In this document: positions 54,688 through 64,000 of the stretch, piece after piece | Layout: the number at the start of each line of letters is the position of its first letter | Position numbering within the stretch: position 1 is the first letter of the stretch | Assembly: GCF_006345805.1 (NCBI RefSeq) | Contig: NC_042998.1 | Coordinates: 52,762,001-52,826,000, forward strand | Reading direction: 5' to 3' | Source of the DNA: Octopus sinensis | Lineage: Eukaryota | DNA: 64,000 nt | Notes under the pieces: generated by a model | Databases searched by the model: none | What the model was told of the DNA's origin: nothing | What the model saw: the letters and a program-made list of their open reading frames with translations, nothing else | Program-made: the position numbers and the translations under genes

Positions 54688-55582
54688 TTCGAGGTGGTAT
54701 CAAAAAGTTCCTGCACTATTTCTTGTAGCACACCAACAGATGGCAGCACATGATTGCATGTACATTGAGAGCTAGCGGTGACCTACATGAGGCAGTGTAT
54801 CAAGTGGCATTGCTGTGTATACTTTGGAAGTTGGTGAAATTTGTGTTTTTGTGATCATGAATATGCTGTAGTCTGTAGTTTTTGTCATTGATAGGAAGTT
54901 GGAACAAAGAGCCAATGTGGAAAAAAAAAAGAAAAAACTTGGGGAGTCATCACCAGCGACAAGAGTTGAGCCTATGAGTATGGCCCTGAGATGAAGCAGG
55001 AGTCATCACAATGAAAGAGCCCTTCAAATCCACAACTGAAGAAGGCATGACAGAGCTGCAGCTCTATCAATAACATGCTCATCATATTTTTTGACATCTG
55101 CAATATTGTGTATCAAGAATTCATACCCCAGGGCAAGACCATCAATCAAGAGTTCTACTGTGACGTTTTGAAATTTTGGTGAGAGGACATTTGGTGAAAA
55201 CGACTGGATCTGTGGAACATGAAGAATTGGTTTCATTATGTCACTGAGCTCTCCTCACACATGAGCTTCTCACCAAAAACAATTTGGTATCACGTCCTCA
55301 CATACCTATTCCCCAGATTTAGCACCTATGCACTTCTATCCCTTCCCCAAGATGAAAATGCAGTTCAAAGGTTGCCATTTTAGCACTGTTGTTGAGATCC
55401 AGAGTGAATCTCAAAAAGTTTATGGAAAACGACTTCTAAGCTGGATCCAAAAAGTGGCAAGAAAACTGGGACCGTGTATTGCTGTGCAAGGTGACTATTT
55501 CAAAGGGAATGATGTTAAAACTTAGGTAAATAAGTTATTTTTTTATTAAACATAAAAAAAACTGGGAACATTTTGACACAAT
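54688..55582 (+). mobile_element. Internally deleted mariner transposon (D,D34D type)
   Basis: MLIIFFDICNIV..EFIPQGKTINQEFYCDVL, YSPDLAPMHFYPFPKMKMQFKG and CIAVQGDYFKG; degenerate TIRs with TA flanks. Confidence 0.88.
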
Positions 55583-55607
55583 ATATATAGATAGATAGAT
55601 ATATATA

Positions 55608-55929
55608 TCTATTATATAAAATCGTTCTGTCGGTCTGTGTGTGTGTCTTCTAGGATCTCAGGCATCCTCCATCTGATTGCGCTCAAATTTGATGTATAGA
55701 TACTGACGGTATCAGGGCGTGTATAAGTCTTGAAAAAATTACAAAAATCGATTCCAGGTGAGAATGCAATCGATAAAGCCGTGGGAATGTGTGGTGTCTC
55801 AAATTTAGGTTAAATCAATGTTTCTCAAAGGGGAGGCCTATGGGACGGTCAGACAAGTTGTTTTGAGAAAATTTGGTTTAAATGTTTGACAACTCAGCAC
55901 CATCCATTGGACGGGGGACGTTTTGCTCG
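55608..55929 (+). mobile_element. Non-autonomous Helitron-like element
   Basis: A|TCTATTATATAAAA 5' end, subterminal hairpin c(a)tcca-t-tggacg, CTCG|T 3' end. Confidence 0.55.
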
Positions 55930-55959
55930 TATATATATATATAAACATAAATCAGAAGT

Positions 55960-56095
55960 GGAAAAGCAAAACAATAAATTGAACAATTGTATATTCAATT
56001 CAATTCAAATAATTTATATAAACAAATGACATATCTCTTAAATTACAGCTGTTTCCGCTTCATTCATAAATGAAGTTTTTCAAGAATAATCGAAT
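55960..56095 (-). repeat. Penelope-terminus-like relic with degenerate hammerhead-like fold
   Basis: Minus strand CTTCATT-tatg-AATGAAG-cg-GAAAC-AGCT-GT-A; the CUGANGA box is degenerate (cttgaaaaa). Confidence 0.3.
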
Positions 56096-56212
56096 CTATT
56101 TGAATATGTAATGATACTTCATCAGATTAATGTACCATCTTAACTATTTGATGTAAAATATCTATGGAAGTAACATTGTTATTGTTGTAGGTAATATAAA
56201 CCAATAAATTCT

Positions 56213-56250
<38 letters not shown>

Positions 56251-56969
56251 ACACAAGATTGGCTTCTTTCAATTTTTATCTACCAAACCCACATACAAGG
56301 CTTTGGTCAACTCAGGGCTATGATAATAAAAAAAAAACATTTTCCCAAGGTATAGAATGGGACTGAACTCAGAACCTTGTGGTTGGGAGCAAACATCTTA
56401 CCACATGCTCACATTTGACCTTACAGCGATAGAGTGTAAATGTAAATATTCTAAGGAACATTACAACTCTAAGAATATATCAATTAACTATAACATATCT
56501 CAGACATTTAGATATTTAATAAAATGTTAAATGGCAACCAAAGAATATCATAATGTTAAGCATTCTACAAACTCTTTCTCATTAGTATATATGCCATATA
56601 AGCTTTCTATAATTCCTTTTTATAAGTTGAAGTGTTTGTGTGTACTGTTGTCATTGTTATTTTACATTCATTTTTCCATGTTGGCATGGGTTAGATGATC
56701 TTTAAGCATTTTACAGTCCTATGGGTACAATGAAAACAACCTCATTGTTTAGGATTCATTTTCACTACATAGGCTCTGTTGGTTAGTGTCTTCTACTAGC
56801 TTCTACTGTGGATTGACCAATGTCTTCTATTTGAAATTTGGTAGAAGGAAACTGTCATATTTTCTAAGTATGTGTGTGTTTGAGTATGTTTCCTTTTGTT
56901 TAAACATGATTGCACTAATTTTAAACAAAAGTCATATGTGTGTGTGTGTGTGTGTATACATACATAGAG

Positions 56970-57205
56970 CTTTTATCTTTTATTTGTTTCAGTCATTGGA
57001 TTGCGGCCATGCTGAGGCACTGCCTTGACAAATTTTGTCTTTTTTTAAAAATCTGGTACTTATTCTATCAGTTTCTTTTGCCAAACCGCTAAGTTACAGG
57101 AATGTTAACATACCAACACCAGCTGTCAAGTGGTGGTAGTGGGACAACCACTGACACAAAGACACAAACACACACAGTCTCTCTCTCACACACACATACA
57201 GATAG

Positions 57206-57253
<48 letters not shown>

Positions 57254-57400
57254 GGCGGGCTTCTTTCAGTTTCTGTCTACTATATCCACTCACAATACTG
57301 CTGTCAGCCCAAGCCTGTAGTATAAGACACTTGCCCAAGGTGCCATGCAGTAGGACTGAATCCAGAACCATGTAAGCAAGCTTCTTACCACATAACCACA
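56970..57400 (-). mobile_element. SINE S2
   Basis: Reverse-complement S2. Confidence 0.8.
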
Positions 57401-57519
57401 CCTGCACCTCCATACAGTCATACCTGTGCCTCCACACAACCCTACCTCTACCTCCACGCAACCATGCCTATGCACACAAACATATATTCTTTTCTTTTCT
57501 ACTCTAGGAACAAGGCCTG

Positions 57520-57710
57520 AAATTTTGGGGGAGAGGTCCAGTCTATTAGATCAACCTCATTACACAACTGGTACTTAATTTATCCACCCAGAAAGGATGA
57601 TAGGCAAAGTCGACCACAGTAGAATTTGAACTCAGAACATAAAGACAGACTAAATACTGCTAAGCATTTTGCCCAGCATGCTAACGTTTCTGCCAGTTTA
57701 CTGCCCTACA
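57520..57710 (-). mobile_element. SINE S1 variant
   Basis: Reverse-complement S1 body. Confidence 0.75.
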
Positions 57711-58257
57711 CACATACAAATATTCTGGAAGCTGGCATGGTTGAGTGATAAAGAAGTTTGCTTTACAATAATGAGGTCCTATCTGCATCTCACTGTAAGG
57801 GTTTATGTAAATACCTTTTACCTGAGTCTCAGTTCATGAGTAAATTTGGGTAGGTAGAGACTGGATGAATACCTGTTAGGCTGTACCCATAATTTAGAGA
57901 TCCAATGTATTAATTTAATGAATAGGTTATGCAATTAATTTAATGACATGAATTCTCATCACTAAAGCAATAGAGAAACTTTCTTCATCATTATGCATGC
58001 ATTATATAAATATCTAATTGCTTGCATTAAATATTATGCTATTTTTAAATTGTGGAATGCCTTTGTTAATATTGTCTGTTAAAATCCTAGTTGAGCTGGA
58101 GATAAACAATTTACAGTTTGTTTATTTGATTGAATAATAGAGTATATGAGATATGTGTAAGACAAGTGAATGCCAGGCAATGAATTCAGCGGATTTAATT
58201 GTAAAGAGAAGTGATCTATTGTTTGGGTAATATTAATATAGAGACACACAAGTTGAT

Positions 58258-58850
58258 TATATAAGGGTGGGTTGAAAACTCTTAGGCTGACTATGGAGTA
58301 ATGCTAGAGCTGTGAAATCTTGCACGCAGTAATTCTAACTCTTCTTGTTAATAATTACATTGTTTTTTTCCAGGTAAACTGACATCTGACTCTTCAAAGA
58401 AGGCTTCAGAAGTGACTAATAGAGACTTCTCTTGAAAATGTACAAAATTTGGCATCGTGGTGGTACTAAATACCTGTTAAAGGACAAAATTTATCATGTT
58501 TACTCTCAACTGAAGCAAGGCCCTATAACCTCACTACCTCCTGGTCCAAAAAAAGAAGAGAATGGACATTATGGAGGGGGTCTCTAATAAACCAGCCTCT
58601 CAGTCCACAAAAAAAGGATATTTATGCTGACATAATTGCAACATTGGGGGATGGTATTCCATCTTTATCAACAGTGCAAAAGTGGGTTGCTGAATTTAGG
58701 AGGAGAATGGAGAGTCTTCAAGATGACCCAAAGAAGGTCTGTAGTCCTATAACTGTTACCACTGAGGAAAACATTCTTTGTGTTCACCATATAGTGATAG
58801 GTGACAGGTGATCGACTATAAATCAAATATGAGATTAATCAAGACACATC
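58258..58850 (+). mobile_element. mariner transposon 5' fragment (HTH region)
   Basis: TIR-like taagggtgggttgaaaa; DIYADIIATLGDGIPSLSTVQKWVAEFRRRMESLQDDP...TTEENI. Confidence 0.8.
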
Positions 58851-59184
58851 TTAGAAAAATGTTATCCTCAAATCATGTTCTCCATAATATTCCACAAATG
58901 TAACCGATTAGTTAGTAACTATTAACAACTCAATAAGTAATAGCACTGTATCAACCAGCCTATCAGACATTGTTATACAATGCTGGTCACAATGCACTTC
59001 ATTACTTGTTTTTAAGTGATGCTATGCAACTAGAAGGTGGGTAGGTTAACATTCTCACTGAATGGAATGCCAGGCTGTCACAGGGCTACCCATTTACAGC
59101 TGGAGCAATGAGAAATGAAGTGTTTTGCACCCCTTATCAGGGAACTGAAACGACAATCTTGCTCCATAAAGAAGTGCTAATTTC

Positions 59185-59630
59185 TCAAAATAGATGGAAG
59201 TGGAAGACCCTGGGAGACATGGGATAAAGTACTGAAGAACAACTTCAGGACGCTAAACCTTTCAGGTGAGATGACAAAGGACAAAGGTGCTTGGTGTCTT
59301 ACTATACTCAGGAAGACCCGTACTCTGCAGAAAAAGTGTTCAGATGGGCCCCTCTGGTGGTTTATAGCACTCATGGTGGTGTCACGTAAAAGTGCCTGTG
59401 CAGTGCCGGGTAAAAGTGCCCATGTAGTGCCATGTAAAAGCACCCACTTGGTGTCACATAAAAGAGCTCAGCACACTCTGTAAAGAGGTTGGTGTTTGGA
59501 AGGGAATCTAGCCATAGAAGCTATGCCAAATCAGACTGGAGCCTGGTACAGCTCACCTCTGTTTGCCAGCTAATCAAACCATCCAACTGATGCCAGCAAG
59601 GATAGATGTTAAATAATGATGATGATGATG
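59185..59630 (+). mobile_element. Older RTE subfamily 3' end (coding end + ~24-bp tandem modules + (TGA)n)
   Basis: GRPWETWDKVLKNNFRTLNLSGEMTKD...RKTR aligns with copy-1 [27 protein letters not shown]...EKTR. Confidence 0.8.
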
Positions 59631-61104
59631 GATCTTGTGACTATAAGTGCAACACTCTAACCACTAGACTATGCACATTCATCATCAAGTATATTCCTAA
59701 AATATTCCTAAAAGGAACAGCAATATGTTTGCTCAACTTGTTATTAATAGCAATCAACTCTCCCTCTAATCACATCCTAACTGATCCCTCAAAATCCTTG
59801 TAGAGTCATAGGGGTGCTACCATGACCTGTGGCATGTCTTAAGCATCTTGAAGCAAAGATAAAAAAAAGAGGAAAAAGAATCAACCTCATTGACTGGTAC
59901 TGTCTTTATTGACCATTAAACGATATAAAGCCAAGTTGATATCAGAGGGATTTGAACTCAGACTACAAACAACTGGAATGATTACCACAACTTACTGCTT
60001 ACTTTGCCGGCTGCATCCTAAACATGCTATTCAGCTGATTGGCAATTACTAGATTACTAACACGATATAAATGATTCACAAACAGACTGTTTCTTTTCTT
60101 TGACTCTTATAAGGATACTATTACAATCACTATTTCCTTCAACTTAGTCCTACCATTCTCCTCTAAGCACAAGTTCTTTAATACAGCCATCTAACTCTTC
60201 CTCTTACCAATCTTATTGTCATCACCTCCCTTGAGATCATAAACATTTTCCCAAATTTTCCATCATAGACTTAAAGTCCTCTGTACTTCCGGACACAATT
60301 TTTCTTCAGCATCATACACAGATATTAAAACTGAACACAACCTCATCAATCTTACAAGACTGAGAAAGCATACAAAAGTCACAGATACTGCTTTCTTACT
60401 AAAAAAAAAAAAATGCAAAAGAAACTAAATCATAAACATTAAAAAATATTACGAAGATGTACATAATTTGTTTCGTCTACATAATTTTGTAATAATCTTG
60501 TGTTAATTAATTTTCAAGTAATTAATTATGTATCAATAGCACTTAGGGCATTCTAATAAAAATATAATTAGGCTCCACGTTTCTTAAATACTGTCTGGTC
60601 ATCTAGCATTTAATATTGCTGTTTTAGGAAAAAGACATTTCCTGGCTTTTGTTGTTTCTATTTTTTGGTTGAATTTTAGTCTATTGATTTTGTTTTCTAT
60701 ATTTCAGGTTTTTTCCCCTTTCATATATAAAAAAAAAGGATATTTTGTAAAACAACATTAGAAATATTTCATGACATGGAAAAAAATACCTTAAACATCT
60801 TGGCATCAAATAAATTGCTGATTTATCATTAAAAAAATATCACTAATTATTTTATAATTTTGTAGTATTTTTTGGAAAGTTCTATTGCTAACCATTTGAC
60901 ATCTCTAATTTCCTGGCAGTTTCTTAACATACCAAATGTACAATTATATGAATATTTCTTCAACTAGGCAATTAACTAAAGACCAAGTTTTCTGACTCAT
61001 CATACATGCAATTTAAAAAAAACAACATGAAGAACAATATTATGCAATATGTTATACTGGAATTATTTTCTGAATTAATATATTAGTTTCTAATTTTGGC
61101 ACAA

Positions 61105-61545
61105 AGCAAGCAATTTAAGGGGAGGGGCTAAGTCGATTAGACTGACCACAGTGCTCAACTGGTACTTATTTTATTGACCCCAAAAGGATGAAAAGCAAAG
61201 TCGTCCCCACCCTACAGCAGCATTTGAACTCAGAATGTAAAGACAGATGAAATACCACTAAGCATTTTACCCAGCATGCTAATGATTCTGCCAGCTTGCT
61301 GCCTTATTTCTGAAGTAATATATTACAAGAGGAGTAAGATGGTCAGCTAGCAGAATTGTTAGCATGTTGGACAAAATGCTGCTCAGCATTTTGTTCATCC
61401 TTACATTCTGAGTTCAAATTGCACCAAGGTCAATTTGCTTTTCATAATTCCAAGGTTGATGAAATAAGTACCAGTTAAGAACTGGGGTCAATGAAATCAA
61501 TTAGCACCCTCCCACAAAATTTCAGGCCTTGTGCCCATAGAAGAA
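61105..61545. mobile_element. Head-to-head pair of S1-family SINEs: 61105-61305 (-), 61330-61545 (+)
   Basis: Reverse-complement and forward S1 bodies ~25 bp apart. Confidence 0.75.
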
Positions 61546-61771
61546 TGAAATATATTATAAGAGGAGATCCTGTTCACCTTATTACTACAGTAATATTTCT
61601 AAATAAGGTACAAAGTCAGAAGTTTATAGGGAGGAGTACATTGATTACAAAGGCTTCAGTATGTAACTTGTGCTATATTTTATCAACTGGAAATGAACAA
61701 CATCGCTTGTTTGACAGCTGTACTTGTTTACAATCATTACATGGCAAGGAAAGGGTACTGTTAAGACAAGG

Positions 61772-61814
<43 letters not shown>

Positions 61815-61829
61815 CACCACCATCATCAT

Positions 61830-62905
61830 CATCATTTAACATCTGTTTACCATGCATGGGCTGGTTGGTTTGACAGCAGTTGTAAGGCCAGGAGCTGCAC
61901 CTGGCTCCATCATCTGTTCTGGTATGGTTTCTATTGCTAGATGCCCTTTCTAACACCAACCACTTTACAGAGTGTACTGGGAGCTTTTTACATGGCACCA
62001 CCACTTGTGCTTTTTTTATGTGGCCCCAGCACCACACACACACACATACATAATAATCTTCCTTATAACTCCGATCAACCGAATTTCACTGGCACACAAA
62101 GGTGTGGCTTGCTTTCCAATCACATGATTCTAGGTTCAGTCTCAGTGCATGACACCTTGGGAAAATGTCTTCTACCATAGTCTCAGGCCAGCCAGAGTCT
62201 TGTAAGTAGATTTGGTAGACAGAAACTGAAAGAAGTCTATTGTATATATATATGTATATATCAATGTGCATGTGTGCCTTTGTGTCTGTATTTGTTTCCC
62301 GACTACCATTTGACAACCAGTGCTGGTGTGTTCACATCCCTGTAACTTAGCAGTTCAGAAAAGACTGATAGAATAAGTACCTGGCTTAAAAATAATGAAC
62401 TGGGATCAGTTCATTTAACTAAAATTCTTGAAGGTGGTGCCCCAGCATGGCCATAGTCTAATGACTGAAGCAAGTAAAAGATAAAGGATACAAAATAAGA
62501 TGTCCTTCTATTTTTAAGATGGAAGAATGTGATATGAGGATCGTTGAGCAGCGAAATAGAAACCTTGTCAGATGCATATATGCATGAGATAAGTGGAATA
62601 TATCATCGTGATCACGTGACCAACCAGGCTATCAGATGTTGCTACACATCACTGGTCACAATGCGCTTCACATTGGTTTAGCCTTCAAATAACGCCACCC
62701 TACTGGCTAAGCGAGCAGGCAAACAGAAGAAAGAGTGAGAGAAAGTTGTGGCAAAAGAGGATTGCCACCACCCCCTGCCGGAGTGTCATGGAGCTTTTTT
62801 AGGAGTTTTCACTCAATAAACACTCACAACACCCAGTCTGGAAATCGAAACCACGATTCTACAACCGCGAGTCTACTGCCCTAACCACTGGGCCATTGCG
62901 CCTCC
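61830..62905. mobile_element. Cluster: RTE tail (61830-62010, -), SINE S2 (62095-62480, +), SINE S4 with alternative 3' part (62590-62905, -)
   Basis: Matches to the families described above. Confidence 0.75.
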
Positions 62906-64000
62906 ACAAGTGGTGTATATAATGTATGAATATTAAGATCAGTGGGCAGCAGCTTTCCCCAGCTGAACAACAATGAATACATATGAAGAAGAAAAGACAT
63001 GTTTCATTGGCGTTGAAACTGAAGCCTGAGCCTATCTTGTCCAATGGGCAGAGTTAAAGAAATTTTACATAGGAACTGACAGATATAATGCTGTGTATTG
63101 AAGATAAGCAGAAAAATATTCAAGACAGGAGTGAGCATTGGTAGGTTTGTTTTTGTTGTTTAGCCTCAAGTCAATTCTGATAGGGATGACCTCTTGTCAA
63201 AAGACATTCTAGTTCTGGCCATCCAAAGTACAGCACACACATGACAACATTATCTAAAGTATCATTTTTCAAGACAATAGAGTGTGTTTTCATATATATT
63301 TCACTCTATTTCTAGCAAGTTCAGCCATCATGTAGAAGACCTCACTCTCTCTCTCTCTCTCTCTCTCTCATTGGTCAGTATGTTTGTCTTTACTATTGTT
63401 ATTTAGCAGTAAGTCGTCTCTGAATAGGCTTCTGCTCAAAAGCATTCCACCTATGATCAATCCATCTTTTTCCAATGGACATGGAATTCAAGACTGTTCT
63501 ATCAAATGGATAAGGAGTGTCATTTGAGGAATATTTGGCTATTATTTCTAGCACTTTAAGCAACTATGAAGCTCACTCACTAGCCAGTATGTTTGTGGTA
63601 TAAAAAATGGAAAGGTGGCTCCGGTAGATAGCTATAGATATATGAAGAAAGCTGATAGATACATTTGAGATAATGAAGGTGAATACTAATATAGAGTACA
63701 GTTTACAAATGAGATAAATAGGATGTTTCATTTTCTGGGTATTAAACAATGGTTATCTATTTACAAAGTCCAGATATGGCCTACACCAAAGATTACAGCT
63801 CACATATCTTAAACAGTGTATTTAGTACATTAAGTTCACACATATACACACACAAACCAATTAGAGAGCCTTTACGTGGTCATGTAACATATCAGAAATA
63901 GTATCCAAATTTCCCTCCAGTTACAGAAATATCTCTCAAAAATCGTACCCTTTTTTTTCTAATCTTATGCTATGCTTACAGGCATCACCAGTCAGTGACC

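Noticed and set aside
60197-60390. Minus-strand exon-like region with poly-T acceptor and gtaaga donor
   Set aside because: The longest frame has an internal TGA and looks like decayed TE sequence.
62859-63044. Minus-strand ORF as a possible signal-peptide first exon of the PTP
   Set aside because: Non-ATG start, runs into an S4 SINE head; the nearby ATG frame (MKHVFSS...) stops after 22 codons without a usable donor.

Overview
AT-rich, microsatellite-dense eukaryotic DNA. Its tRNA-derived SINE families, (TGA)n-tailed RTE ends and maT/mariner/Helitron relics look like a coleoid cephalopod, most likely Octopus (inferred from repeat content, not verified by search). The only host gene I can support is a receptor-type protein tyrosine phosphatase on the minus strand. 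Five GT-AG exons (48402-48280, 46303-46148, 39730-39650, 26552-26471, 6593-6517) join in frame into 173 aa: end of ectodomain, transmembrane helix, juxtamembrane region, then the start of the PTP domain (KNRYIDVLP...RVKL...DYINANF). The ectodomain and remaining catalytic exons were not identified. The rest is intron filled with transposons: a near-full-length RTE LINE with only two lesions and a PHD-type finger inside its RT region, a second 5'-truncated RTE with a nested higher-order 3'UTR repeat, many SINEs and several DNA-transposon relics. The most unusual signals are several unrelated short repeats carrying minimal type-I hammerhead-like folds (one with tRNA-type Pol III heads arranged as a head-to-head palindrome), a 1.43-kb inverted repeat, a filled/empty piggyBac site inside a local duplication, and candidate alternative exons of the PTP gene. 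Repeat boundaries were set by eye and may be off by tens of bases. S1-S4 are my own labels for the SINE families.
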